Below are positions 16,401 to 26,555 of a stretch of DNA of 64,000 nt, piece by piece (position 1 is the stretch's first letter; each line of letters begins with the position of its first letter). Both the position numbers and the translations under genes were made by a program. This DNA is from an uncultured Alistipes sp. (GTDB lineage: Bacteria; Bacteroidota; Bacteroidia; Bacteroidales; Rikenellaceae). The stretch is taken from positions 1,358 to 65,357 of the forward strand of contig CAYSJF010000001.1 in NCBI GenBank assembly GCA_964431265.1, given 5' to 3'. Under the pieces are notes generated by a model. The model had not been told where the DNA came from and did no database searches. It worked only from the letters and a program-made list of their open reading frames with translations.

Positions 16401-17822
16401 ATGAAACGCATACTCGTTCTGCTGCTCCTGGTCGCGTGGATACCGGCCCGGGCCAAGGTGAGCGCACCGGCCATCTTCGGCGACCGCATGGTGCTGCAAC
16501 AGCAGCAGAAAGTGCGGTTGTGGGGTGCTTCCGACGCCCGCGAAGTGGTCGTCGAAACCTCGTGGAGCGACGAGCGATTCCGCGTGCCCGTCAAGGAGGG
16601 CCGCTGGCAGCTCGCCCTGCCTACTCCGGCCGCGTCCTACGAACCGCAGGAAATCGTCGTGCGCGATGCCGATTCGGAACTCCGCTGGCACGACGTACTT
16701 ATCGGCGAGGTGTGGATCTGCTCGGGGCAGTCGAACATGTACATGCCCCTGCGCGGCTACACGGGGCAACCCGTCGACGACGCGCTGCCCGCGATCCTCG
16801 AATCGACTCTCTACCGCGACCGCATCCGCATGATTACGTTGCCCAAGCGCGAAGCGGCGGCCCCGCAATACGATTTCGAGAGCAAATGGGAACTCCCCGC
16901 GCCCGAAACCGCACTGCGGATGAGCGCCGCGGCCTACTTCTTCGCCCGGGCGCTGACCGGTGCGCTCGACGTACCCGTAGGCATCGTCTCCACGAGCTGG
17001 GGCGGCTCGAAAATCGAGGCCTGGATGGACTCCGCATCGCTCGCCCGACTGGGTTACGACGTGGCGAAGATCAACGCCGACCCCGCGATCGAGGCCCGCG
17101 CCAAATGCGGACTGCTCTACAACGGTCTGATCGCCCCCATAGCGGGTTTCACCGCCCGCGGCTTCGTGTGGTACCAGGGCGAGTCGAACCGCAAGGAGGC
17201 GGCGCGCTACGCCCGGATGATGGAACGCATGGCGGCCTACTGGCGTGCGCAATGGGACGACCGCAACGACAAGATGCCGTTTCTCTACGTACAGATCGCT
17301 CCCCACGCCTACAAAGAGGCTTCGGACATCGACGCGGCGCTGCTCGTCGAGGCGCAGAGCGACGCGCTGGAACTCATCCCCAATGCGGCGATGATCGCGA
17401 CCACCGACATCGGCGACGAACGCTGCATCCATCCGAGCCGCAAACGTCCCGTAGGCGAGCGGCTGGCAGCGGCCGCTTTGGTCAAAGCCTACAAACGCAA
17501 ACTGCCCGACGCTTTGGCGGTACGCTTCGCCGAGGCCGAATTCGCCGGCGGCAAGGCCATAGTCCGGTTCGACAACGCCCGGCTCGGGTTGACGCCCCAG
17601 GGCGCAGCGGTCACGGGATTCGAACTGGCAGGCAAAGACGGCGAGTTCTACCCCGCCGAGGCCCGGATCGTGACGTCGAAATCCCTCGTCGAGGTCTCGG
17701 CACCCGAAGTCCCGGCACCCGTCGCCGTACGCTATGCGTTCCGCAACTACGCCCCGGGCAACCTGACCAACACGCTCGGCATGCCCGCGATCCCGTTCCG
17801 AACGGACAGACCGAAAGAATAA
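16401..17822 (+). CDS. Sialate O-acetylesterase-family (SASA/SGNH) esterase
   Basis: GEVWICSGQSNM, WGGSKIEAW, WYQGESN, IHP..KRPVGERLA. Signal peptide present. Confidence 0.92.
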   Translation: MKRILVLLLLVAWIPARAKVSAPAIFGDRMVLQQQQKVRLWGASDAREVVVETSWSDERFRVPVKEGRWQLALPTPAASYEPQEIVVRDADSELRWHDVLIGEVWICSGQSNMYMPLRGYTGQPVDDALPAILESTLYRDRIRMITLPKREAAAPQYDFESKWELPAPETALRMSAAAYFFARALTGALDVPVGIVSTSWGGSKIEAWMDSASLARLGYDVAKINADPAIEARAKCGLLYNGLIAPIAGFTARGFVWYQGESNRKEAARYARMMERMAAYWRAQWDDRNDKMPFLYVQIAPHAYKEASDIDAALLVEAQSDALELIPNAAMIATTDIGDERCIHPSRKRPVGERLAAAALVKAYKRKLPDALAVRFAEAEFAGGKAIVRFDNARLGLTPQGAAVTGFELAGKDGEFYPAEARIVTSKSLVEVSAPEVPAPVAVRYAFRNYAPGNLTNTLGMPAIPFRTDRPKE

Positions 17823-17842
17823 ACCGACATCGTTTCACTAAA

Positions 17843-17878
17843 AAACGGCGGCAGACTCCAAAAAGTCTGCCGCCGTTT
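17843..17878. terminator. Bidirectional intrinsic terminator between convergent PUL transcripts
   Basis: 15-bp perfect stem AAACGGCGGCAGACT/AGTCTGCCGCCGTTT flanked by A/T runs. Confidence 0.88.
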
Positions 17879-17895
17879 CTATAAGACGTGTTCCG

Positions 17896-18648
17896 CTACG
17901 AGAAGAGCGTACCGCCGTTGATGTCGATGTTGGTACCGGTCAGGTAGCTCGACTCGTCGCTGGCCAGATAGCAAACCAGGTCGGCGACCTCCGAAGCCTC
18001 GCCTTCGCGACGCAGGGGCGCCGTGTTGTGCAGGTTCTCGCGTGCTTCGGGCTTGGTGAAGCGGTCGTGGAACGAGGTGTTGATCATACCCGGAGCCAGT
18101 GCGTTGACGCGGATGCCCTGCGGGCCGAGTTCCTTGGCCATGGCGCGCGTGTGGCACATCACGGCTGCCTTGGCCGTGGCATAGACCGAAGCGCCCGGGC
18201 CGCCGCCGTCGCGGGCCGCCTGCGACGAGAAGTTGACGATCGAACCGCCGGCGGGCATCATGGGCACCACCTCGCGCGTGCAGAGGAACACCGAACGCAT
18301 GTTGACGTCCATAAGGAAGTCGTACCACGCCTCGTCCTGCTCGACGATCTTCTTGCGGCCTACGATGCCGCCCACCACGTTGACCAGAATATCGACCTTG
18401 CCGCCGAACGCCTTGCCGGCCTCGGCGAAGAGCTTCTTGACATCGGCCGCCTTGGTCATGTCGCCCTGCACGGCGATCGCCTCGCCGCCGTCGGCCTTGA
18501 TCATTTCGAGGGTCTTGGCCGCATCGTCGGGGTTGTCGAAGTAGTTGAGACATACCTTGGCGCCCTCGAGCGCCAGCTTGACCGAAATCGCACGACCCAG
18601 GTCGCGCGCACCGCCCGTCACGACGGCGACTTTACCTTGGAGTTTCAT
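17896..18648 (-). CDS. SDR oxidoreductase, probable DEH (4-deoxy-L-erythro-5-hexoseulose uronate) reductase
   Basis: TGGARDLG, SSQAARDGGG and YATAK catalytic motif. Context next to kdgF and PL17. Confidence 0.85.
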   Translation of the reverse strand: MKLQGKVAVVTGGARDLGRAISVKLALEGAKVCLNYFDNPDDAAKTLEMIKADGGEAIAVQGDMTKAADVKKLFAEAGKAFGGKVDILVNVVGGIVGRKKIVEQDEAWYDFLMDVNMRSVFLCTREVVPMMPAGGSIVNFSSQAARDGGGPGASVYATAKAAVMCHTRAMAKELGPQGIRVNALAPGMINTSFHDRFTKPEARENLHNTAPLRREGEASEVADLVCYLASDESSYLTGTNIDINGGTLFS

Positions 18649-18749
18649 GTTGTTATTGATTTAAAAGGTTATCGAAAAAAACATTCATTATCATGCACCT
18701 TTTCTCGCCTCGGCAAAGTCCGCAAGCGGCCTCTGCCCTGAAAACGTTC

Positions 18750-20201
18750 TTATTTCTTCACTTGTTCGATGCGCCCGCCGAACAGGAAGACACACAGAAG
18801 GCTGGCCGGCACGAGCGAGGCGCCGAGGATGAAGAACGATGTCCACACGCCGCTCTGCGTCAGATAGGGCACCAGCAGGATCGAGACGATCGTGCCCAGC
18901 ACGGCCGCTGCGCCGCCCAATCCGGCCAGCGAACCCACGGCCTTGCCGGTCTGGAAGTCGCTGGCGAGGGTCTGGATGTTGGTCATCACGAACTGGTAGC
19001 CGCCCAGGATGAACGCCATCATCGCCACGGCCATCATGGCCGACGAAGCCACGGCGGCCAGCGCCATGCCGGGCACGATGATGCAGCCGCCCACGATCAT
19101 CGCCGTCTTGCGGGCGAAATCGACGCTCTTGCCCCGGGCGATCAATAGTCCGGAGAACCAGCCTCCGGCCACCGAACCCACGGCGGCACCCACATAGGGC
19201 ACCCACGCCGACATGGCGATCTGCTTGATGTCGAGTCCGAAGACCTCGATCAGGTAGATCGGCAGCCACGTGACGAACATCCACCAAATGGGGTCGAGGA
19301 AGAAACGGCCCAGGATCACGGCGTAGTTCTTGCACTCGGAGAGGAGCTGCCCCCAGGTCTTGGCCGTGTCGCACGAGACGCGGCATTCGGGCTGGCCCGA
19401 GAGGATGTATTCGCGCTCCTCGTCGGTCACCCACGGATGCTCCTTGGGGCCTTTCTTATTGATCAGAAGCCAGGGAATCACCCACAGAATACCCAGCGAA
19501 CCGACGACCACGAAAGTGATGCGCCAGCCGAACGCCAGGAACAGCACCGGTATGAGCACCGGCGCGATGACCGACCCCACCGAAGCGGCGGCGCCGAAGA
19601 TGCCCTGCGCGAAAGCGCGTTCTTTCTGCGGGAACCACTCGGCGTTGGACTTGGTGGTTCCGGGCCACGGGCCGGCTTCGCCCAACCCGAGCATCACGCG
19701 GAAGAAAGTCAGCGACCGAAGCCCCGAGGCGAGCGACGCCAGCGCATCGGCACCGCCCCACAGCAGCGCCGAGAGGGTGAAGCCGCGGCGCGTGCCGATC
19801 TTGTCGTAGACGCGACCCGAAACCAGCTGGCTGATGCCGTAGGCCACCATGAAAAACATGGTGATGACGGCCAGCAGGCTCTTGGACTGCTGTTGCTGCT
19901 GCTCGACCGGCGCCGAGGTGTCGATCAGTCCCAAATCCTTGGCGATGCCGCCATAGCGCATGTACTCGATCGAACCGTCGGACAGCGGCGTCACGGCATC
20001 GGCCGCAAGCACCAAAGGCTCGCCGTCGGCGACGATCTCATAGGTAGCGGTCTGTTCGTCGTAGGTGTACTCGCCCACCGGGCATACGACCTTGGTGTTG
20101 GCCACCCACATGTAGTTGAGCGTACCGCGGTCGAGGTAGTTGATGACGGTCACCACCACGATCAACCCCAGTACGACCCATCGGAATCCCTTGATTTTCA
20201 T
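18750..20201 (-). CDS. MFS hexuronate transporter (ExuT-like)
   Basis: RWVVL...INYLDR, GLGEAGPWPG...EWFPQKERA, RFFLDPIWW. Confidence 0.9.
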   Translation of the reverse strand: MKIKGFRWVVLGLIVVVTVINYLDRGTLNYMWVANTKVVCPVGEYTYDEQTATYEIVADGEPLVLAADAVTPLSDGSIEYMRYGGIAKDLGLIDTSAPVEQQQQQSKSLLAVITMFFMVAYGISQLVSGRVYDKIGTRRGFTLSALLWGGADALASLASGLRSLTFFRVMLGLGEAGPWPGTTKSNAEWFPQKERAFAQGIFGAAASVGSVIAPVLIPVLFLAFGWRITFVVVGSLGILWVIPWLLINKKGPKEHPWVTDEEREYILSGQPECRVSCDTAKTWGQLLSECKNYAVILGRFFLDPIWWMFVTWLPIYLIEVFGLDIKQIAMSAWVPYVGAAVGSVAGGWFSGLLIARGKSVDFARKTAMIVGGCIIVPGMALAAVASSAMMAVAMMAFILGGYQFVMTNIQTLASDFQTGKAVGSLAGLGGAAAVLGTIVSILLVPYLTQSGVWTSFFILGASLVPASLLCVFLFGGRIEQVKK

Positions 20202-20207
20202 GGCTCG

Positions 20208-20558
20208 TTATTTTTTAAGGAAATCGGCGCGATGGGGCGAGAACGTGTCGATCAAAATACCCGGTTCGAGGCAGACGCAACCGTGAAGCTCGTCGGGCGC
20301 CACATAGTAGCCGTCGCCCGCTTCGAGGATGCGTTTCCGGTCGCCGATCGTCAGCTCGAATTTGCCGCTGGCCACATAGGTGGCCTGGCTGTGGTAGTGT
20401 TCGTGGAGCGTGCCCACGGCGCCCTTGTCGAACTTGACCTTGACGATCATCAACTGGCCGTCGTAGCCCATGATCTGGCGGGCGATGCCCGGTGCGGGAT
20501 GCTCCCACTCCAGCTCGTTCCCGAGCTGGAAAGTTTCGCTGCGTGTTTTCATATTCAT
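20208..20558 (-). CDS. kdgF: KdgF cupin (unsaturated uronate linearisation)
   Basis: RQIMGYDGQLMIVKV, HEHYHSQATYV, LHGCVCLEPGILIDTFSPHRADFL. Confidence 0.9.
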   Translation of the reverse strand: MNMKTRSETFQLGNELEWEHPAPGIARQIMGYDGQLMIVKVKFDKGAVGTLHEHYHSQATYVASGKFELTIGDRKRILEAGDGYYVAPDELHGCVCLEPGILIDTFSPHRADFLKK

Positions 20559-20573
20559 TTCGGTTTTAATCGG

Positions 20574-22778
20574 TTAGTCGATGCGGATGTCGTAGGGACC
20601 CGTCCAGCAGAACGTACCCTCCGGGGTCTTGACCTTGTGGCGTTTGCCTGCGTCGGACGTGCCGTTTGCCACGCACAGCACCACGCGGTGGCCGCCCTCG
20701 TACTCGGCCAGCGCCACCGTATGGTCGGGCGTGTCGCACAGCAGCTGCACGCCGCGGCACGACGAGGTGAGGTTGTCCGACTGCTCCACCTGCAGGTCGT
20801 AGGTGCCGTGGCTTTCGAGCGACGAGAAGAACGTGTGGTCGCGCTTGCCCTGCTCGCGCACCATGTAGACGTTCTGGCTGCGGAGGTTGAAATCGGGGTC
20901 GTTGGCGCCCGTTTGGGCGAATACCAGCTTGCTCTCGGGCGTCGTGGCGGTAGAGAGCGAGTAGAAGCGGTCGCCCTCGATCCACGTAAAACACGAGGTA
21001 CCCGACTGCGTGTTGCGTCCCCAGGCCTGCTTCCAAAGATGCTTGTAGCCCTCGGTGTCGCTTAAGGTCGTCATCGTCGCGAGGGCCTTTTCATAGGGAA
21101 AATCGACGCTCACCATCTGCCCGCAGTACCACACGGGATAGTCGTAGCGGTGCTCCCCGGCGCTTTCGGCGCGCAGCAGATCGAGGATCAGCGGATATTG
21201 CAGAAACGGCGTAGTGATGTAGGCCACCGTCCGCTGCATGGCAATGCCCGGGTAGGCGTTCTCCTCGCGGGCCGAAACCACCTGCATCCCCTCACGCGAA
21301 AAATCGGCGAAACGGATGTCGGAGTGGTGTTTCATCGACTCGTCGTAGTCGCCGTCGAAGTGCGACCGCTCATCGGCCACCAGCGTGTTGTGCGCCACCG
21401 TAGTCATGGCGAACGTGCGGTTCTCGCGCGTATAGTGGCCCTTGTACTTGGCCTCGATGTTGAGCCAGCGGGCCGCGCCGTAGTCGGCCAGCACCTCGCG
21501 ACCGTTGTCGTAATAGGCCAGCGTCAGTTTGTCGTAGTGGCCGTGGCTCAAGCCGTGGGCCGTGGCCTTGAGCGTCACGGCGCTGTTGAGCGCCGGGTCG
21601 GTCGAGCGAATGACTGCTACCCCGCCCTCGTCGCCGTTGCGGCCGTCGCGATAGAGAGCGCTCGCGAAACGCAGAGGCTGCGCCTCGCCGCGGGCGATGT
21701 CGCGAGCCACGACGTAGCCGGCATCCGTGGGCAGCACCCATGCCTGATAGCGGGCCGCCACATCCAACAACTCCTTGTTCGAGGGATCGACGTTATAGGC
21801 GATATTGACGGCATAAACCAGTTCCTGCGCATCATAGCCCTTTTCAAGAGCGTCGTTGAAACGCATGAACCGGCCGTCGTAGGCCAGCTGCAGGAGAGTC
21901 GACACGGCCTTCCGCAGGATGCCGTCGCGATAGTCGAAGATACCCAACTCGGGGCGGTTGTTCTGCAGACACTGCGCGAAGACCATGAAAGGCCAGATGG
22001 CGTAGCGCTGGTAGTAGGCGCCCTCGGTGAAGTAGCCGTCGGGCGAGAAGAGGTGGTCGAGCTGCTGCACGAAGCCGCCGTGGCGGCCCGTCTTGTCGGA
22101 GCCGTAGAGCGCCCGATCGACCAGATCGTCGTCGCCCATGACCAACCCGATCATCCCCACGGCCGACGTGGCCCACGTGGCGTGGTTGTGCATCTTGTTG
22201 AAGACTTTGTTATTCTCGCGGTTGCCCTCCATGCCGTTCATCAGAAAATCGGCCAGCGGACGGAACAGATCGCGCTCGACCCGCTCGCGCTGGACGGGGG
22301 TCATGTACTCGTAAACGCAGTCGTAGGCCATCGAGGCATGGACGAGCCACACGCTCTCGTTGAGCGTCTGCCAGAAGATGCGGCCCGGCGTTTTCGACAA
22401 CTGCACGGGATGGAAACCCAGCGTCGGATAGACCCCGGCATAGGCTTCGAGCAGGTCGGCCACGCGGCGGGCATAGCGTTCGTCGCCCGTCAGCTGCCAG
22501 GCGATGCCGCAGTCGACCATCTCGTAGTAGTTGAGCTTGTGGCGCTCGTGGGTATACCCTCCGCCGCCGTCGCGGGGCTGCGGCACCACCACGGGCGACG
22601 CCAGTGCGGCGTCGGCACCCGCCAGCGTGCGGTCGATCGAAGCGTCGAACGCAGGCACCCGGCCCCGGTCGGCGCGCATCATCTCCACGCCGCGCTGCGT
22701 GAGCATCAACGACGGGTGTCCGGCCGACGCCGTAAAGAGCGAGAGCGAAAAGAATGCTATGCAGAGTATCTTTTTCAT
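20574..22778 (-). CDS. PL17-type oligo-alginate lyase (alginate lyase + heparinase II/III domains)
   Basis: DGGGGYTHERHK, GRIFWQTLNESVW, HNHATW, FSPDGYFTEGAYYQRY, HGHYDKL, TVAHNTLV. Start MKKILCIAFF (signal peptide). Confidence 0.92.
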   Translation of the reverse strand: MKKILCIAFFSLSLFTASAGHPSLMLTQRGVEMMRADRGRVPAFDASIDRTLAGADAALASPVVVPQPRDGGGGYTHERHKLNYYEMVDCGIAWQLTGDERYARRVADLLEAYAGVYPTLGFHPVQLSKTPGRIFWQTLNESVWLVHASMAYDCVYEYMTPVQRERVERDLFRPLADFLMNGMEGNRENNKVFNKMHNHATWATSAVGMIGLVMGDDDLVDRALYGSDKTGRHGGFVQQLDHLFSPDGYFTEGAYYQRYAIWPFMVFAQCLQNNRPELGIFDYRDGILRKAVSTLLQLAYDGRFMRFNDALEKGYDAQELVYAVNIAYNVDPSNKELLDVAARYQAWVLPTDAGYVVARDIARGEAQPLRFASALYRDGRNGDEGGVAVIRSTDPALNSAVTLKATAHGLSHGHYDKLTLAYYDNGREVLADYGAARWLNIEAKYKGHYTRENRTFAMTTVAHNTLVADERSHFDGDYDESMKHHSDIRFADFSREGMQVVSAREENAYPGIAMQRTVAYITTPFLQYPLILDLLRAESAGEHRYDYPVWYCGQMVSVDFPYEKALATMTTLSDTEGYKHLWKQAWGRNTQSGTSCFTWIEGDRFYSLSTATTPESKLVFAQTGANDPDFNLRSQNVYMVREQGKRDHTFFSSLESHGTYDLQVEQSDNLTSSCRGVQLLCDTPDHTVALAEYEGGHRVVLCVANGTSDAGKRHKVKTPEGTFCWTGPYDIRID

Positions 22779-22788
22779 ATCATCCAAC

Positions 22789-25044
22789 TTATTTTCGGAT
22801 TCCGATGCCCGCTTCGGCCAGCGGCGAACCGGGACGTTGAGAAAAGTCGAAGCGCTCGGCATCGGCATAGGCCGGTTCCTCGGCACGCATGCCGCCTTGG
22901 ACGGCGTTGCCCGTCATCGAAAGGATGCGGCCCGAATGCCACAGGTTGCAGTCGGCGATGCGCACCTTCTCCCACGTGGCTTCGTCGAGACGGATCGCGC
23001 AGCCGCCGCGACCGCTGTTCGAGAAGCAGCAGCCCGCGATTTCGAGCACCTGCGGCCCCACGAGCCGCACCACCGAACCGCGCTCCTTGTTGCAGCAATC
23101 CTCGAAGTTGCAGTTGCGCACATAGACATAAGGCCCGGCGGTCGATTCGTCGCTGCCGCCGCGGTAGATGTTGATCGGCAGACCCAGGATGCGGTAGAAC
23201 GAGCAATTTTCGATGAGCATGTCGTCGGCATTGTAGCGTCCCTTGTCGTCGCGCTCGGCGGCGTAGTGGATCGCGTCGCCCGAGAGGTTGCGGAAAAGCG
23301 AGTTGCGGATTTCGACCCGCCCGGCGAAGGTGTTCTGCGTGCCTTTCACGGCAAAGAACCCGCCCTCGCCGAAGTCGGCGAATTCGCAGTCGTCGACATA
23401 CAGGTCGTAGGGCCGGATCATCTCGGCCGCGGTCGAAATACCCGCCTTGGCCAGCGCCTTGCCCGGCTCCAACACGCCCGAAAAGGCGATGCCCTCGATG
23501 CGGAGGCTGCCGCCGTCGGCTATGGTCACCATGTTGTCGCCCTTCGAGCCGACGAAACGCACCACGGGGCGCGCCCCGTCGCCGGCAGCACGGATCGTGA
23601 GCGGCACCCTCACCGTCAGCGCCCGGCTCACGGCATAGTCGCCCCCGGCATCGGACAGCACGATGATCGACCCGGCCTCGGCCCGATCGACCGCCGCCGG
23701 CAAATCCTCGCCGGCAGCCACGACATAGGTCTGTTGCGTCCGCTCCGGCACCTCGGTTGCCGGGCGATACCGTTCGGCACCCTTCCCGGCCCGTATCTCG
23801 GTATCCGACGGGAGCACGGGGCACACGGGTGCTATATTCCTGAATCCGGCGACCTTGCACTTCGTGCCCAGCGCCACCCTGTTGTCGCGGAATGCGAAAC
23901 CGTCGGTGCGGTCTACGGCCATGAACGGCTCGGTCAGCGCCCGGTTGACGATGGTGTTGCGCTCGAAAGTCACCCGCTCGGGCGCCAGCGTGCGTTCGAG
24001 GTCTTTGCCCGTGCCGAATTCGATGTTGGAGCAGTCGACGAACACATTGTCGGCGATCTCCACGTCCTCTACCAGACAATAGCGGTTAGGCAACGAGTTG
24101 GGCACGGCGTTCATCACCGCGAGCGCCGAGAAGAAGCGCTCCCCGGCGATGCCCACCAGCGTATTGCGCACCACGCGGTGGCCGGCATTAACGATGCGTA
24201 TGCCGCCCGTGTTGCGGATGCCGTGGCCTATGAAGAGGTTCTCCTCGGCCGTGTTGCGGTCGCCGTGACGCAGCGCCAGCACGCCCTGCGACTCATAGAA
24301 CACGTTGCGGCGGATGATGTTGTCGCTCGACTTCACGGAAACGACCTCCACTTCGCCGTCGCAGCGCTCGAAAAGATTCTCCTCGACCAGGGTGTTCGAC
24401 GACTCGTAGGCCTGCTGCGAGGTGCCGATGCGGATGGTCTCGGCGCCGTTCGACCCATAGACCGGACGCGGCGCGAAATGGTTGTGGTCGATGCGGTGGA
24501 AATTCCGCTGCGAGCGCTCCTCGTTGAGCATGACGATGAGAGTCACGCCCAGGTTGAGTTTGCCCGCGAACGTGCAGTGGTCGACGCGGTTGCGACGGCC
24601 GTAGAGGATCACATGGCTGTAGGCCATATCGCGGCGCGCGGGGTTGTAGTCGTCGATCACGCAGTCGGTCAGGCGGCAGTCGTCGGCCACCTCCCCTCCG
24701 CAGCGGAACTCCACCACGGCGCCCCGCGGCGAGGTGCCGTCGCGGAAATCGAACCCGGCCACTTCGAGCCACCGCCCCGCCAGACGCAGTGTCGACATTC
24801 CGCCGATCTTCACGCCGCCCGGCGTCGCGGCTTCGATGCGCACGGGAGCGCCCTCGGCCCCGGCACCGCGCCATTTGAGTTCGAGATCGCGCCATTCGCC
24901 GTCGGCCACCACGATGCGGTCGCCCGCCCCGGCCTTGCGCAGCGTCGCCGCCACCTCGGGCAACGTCACGCAGTACTCCTTGGCCTCGGCCGGCAAAAAG
25001 GCCGAAACGGCCAAAAGCGAAAATAGAAGTTTGAACTTATTCAT
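22789..25044 (-). CDS. PL6 alginate lyase / chondroitinase-B fold, two beta-helix domains
   Basis: SNGAETIRIGTS, CDGEVEVVSVKS, LRHG, AVMNAVPNSLPNRY, C-terminal RGGSDESTAGP. Confidence 0.92.
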   Translation of the reverse strand: MNKFKLLFSLLAVSAFLPAEAKEYCVTLPEVAATLRKAGAGDRIVVADGEWRDLELKWRGAGAEGAPVRIEAATPGGVKIGGMSTLRLAGRWLEVAGFDFRDGTSPRGAVVEFRCGGEVADDCRLTDCVIDDYNPARRDMAYSHVILYGRRNRVDHCTFAGKLNLGVTLIVMLNEERSQRNFHRIDHNHFAPRPVYGSNGAETIRIGTSQQAYESSNTLVEENLFERCDGEVEVVSVKSSDNIIRRNVFYESQGVLALRHGDRNTAEENLFIGHGIRNTGGIRIVNAGHRVVRNTLVGIAGERFFSALAVMNAVPNSLPNRYCLVEDVEIADNVFVDCSNIEFGTGKDLERTLAPERVTFERNTIVNRALTEPFMAVDRTDGFAFRDNRVALGTKCKVAGFRNIAPVCPVLPSDTEIRAGKGAERYRPATEVPERTQQTYVVAAGEDLPAAVDRAEAGSIIVLSDAGGDYAVSRALTVRVPLTIRAAGDGARPVVRFVGSKGDNMVTIADGGSLRIEGIAFSGVLEPGKALAKAGISTAAEMIRPYDLYVDDCEFADFGEGGFFAVKGTQNTFAGRVEIRNSLFRNLSGDAIHYAAERDDKGRYNADDMLIENCSFYRILGLPINIYRGGSDESTAGPYVYVRNCNFEDCCNKERGSVVRLVGPQVLEIAGCCFSNSGRGGCAIRLDEATWEKVRIADCNLWHSGRILSMTGNAVQGGMRAEEPAYADAERFDFSQRPGSPLAEAGIGIRK

Positions 25045-25047
25045 GGG

Positions 25048-26469
25048 TCATTCGGTTTTCCAGTTGCATCCGGCGCTCTCGCGAATCGCCTCCATAGCCC
25101 GCGTCGCGTCGGGCAGCACCGGTGCCGAAGCGGCCACGGGCAGCGAAACGCCGCTCTGGCGGCCGCCGTAAATCGTGTTGTCTTTCCACTCGATTTCGGG
25201 CGCAGGCGTCGGCGCACAGAAGACAGCATAGGACGACGCAGACGAAAGCGACACCGTATTCTCCTCGATCACGGCGCCGATCACGGGCATCACCTGGTCG
25301 CTCCCCGAGCTGGCATAGTTGACGTTGAAAGCATATTTGCAGTCGACGATCGTATTGCGGCGCACGCGGGCGTTCTTCACCTGCCAGTAGCCGTTGAGCG
25401 CCGGCGACTGCTGCCCGCGCACCAGACAAACGGCCGTACGATAACCGGTTCCGGCCAGCCCCTCCAGATAGTTGTCCTCGACCACGTGGTCTTCGCCGAT
25501 CAGTCTGATGCCGCCCGTGCCCTCCATGCCGTTGCCCCGGAAGTAGTTGCCCGAAGCGGTACAGCCGTTGCCGTGGCGCATGGTCAGCGAACCCTGGCTC
25601 TCGACGAAGAGGTTGCCGCGGTAGATGTTGCCGCACGACTTGTTGGAGATGATCTCGGCCTGCTCGCCATGACAATGGTAGAAGTAGCAGCCCTCGACCG
25701 TACAGGCGGCCGGCTGCATCGAAAAATCGCTCGTGCCGATACGGATCGTCTCCTGACCGTTGATCGCCTTGCCATTGGCGTCGCGCAGCGTGGCGGGCCG
25801 CTCGAAGCGGTTGTTCGCGATCGTATGACGGGGCACGACATCCGTTTCGAGCCACACGACCAACAGACAGCCGATGTTGCGCTTGTCGCGGAACGTGCAG
25901 CCGCGCACGGTATTTTCGGTGCCATAGAGCGATACCCACTTGGTGTCGGTCGCGGCATCTTCGGCCGTATTGTCGCCCGTGATGGCGCAATCGCAGAGGG
26001 TGCAATGCGTCGAACCCTTGGCCAGCGTCACCACGGCCTTGCCCTTCTCGGGTTCGGGGTCGCGCCACCACAAGCCGCTCGCCTCGACGTAGGCGCCCTC
26101 GACGGAGAGCCGCGACTTACCCGTGAAGCATACGCCGCCCGGCGTCTCGGCCCGCAGCACCACAGGATTCGCCTCCGTGCCCGCACCTTTCAGCCGCACC
26201 GTCTCGTTGTCGTAGGTGCCGTCGCGCCACACCACCACGTCGCCCGCAGCCAGCGTACCCAAGGCTTCGAGTTCGGCGGCCGAAGCGACGTATTTCACCG
26301 TCGCAGGTTCGGGATTTTCCGGATCGCCGGGCGTCTCCGGGTCTTCGGGCTGCTCCCCCGGTTTTTCGGAGGGCGCAGGCACGGGCTGCGGAATCTTCAG
26401 GTCGCGACCCGAACACCCCAGCACCGCCGCCAGCAGCAACAGCGTCGATAGGATCTTCTCTGCTTTCAT
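25048..26469 (-). CDS. PL6 alginate lyase, single-domain surface lipoprotein
   Basis: Lipobox VLGC, Pro-rich linker, NGQETIRIGTS, EIISNKS, MRHG. Start MKAEKIL. Confidence 0.88.
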   Translation of the reverse strand: MKAEKILSTLLLLAAVLGCSGRDLKIPQPVPAPSEKPGEQPEDPETPGDPENPEPATVKYVASAAELEALGTLAAGDVVVWRDGTYDNETVRLKGAGTEANPVVLRAETPGGVCFTGKSRLSVEGAYVEASGLWWRDPEPEKGKAVVTLAKGSTHCTLCDCAITGDNTAEDAATDTKWVSLYGTENTVRGCTFRDKRNIGCLLVVWLETDVVPRHTIANNRFERPATLRDANGKAINGQETIRIGTSDFSMQPAACTVEGCYFYHCHGEQAEIISNKSCGNIYRGNLFVESQGSLTMRHGNGCTASGNYFRGNGMEGTGGIRLIGEDHVVEDNYLEGLAGTGYRTAVCLVRGQQSPALNGYWQVKNARVRRNTIVDCKYAFNVNYASSGSDQVMPVIGAVIEENTVSLSSASSYAVFCAPTPAPEIEWKDNTIYGGRQSGVSLPVAASAPVLPDATRAMEAIRESAGCNWKTE

Positions 26470-26555
26470 ACTGTTTCCGTTTCGGGTGCCCCCGGGGTAT
26501 GCCGCCATTTTACGGACGGCATACCCCCGACACCTTCCAACCTGATACTAACCTG

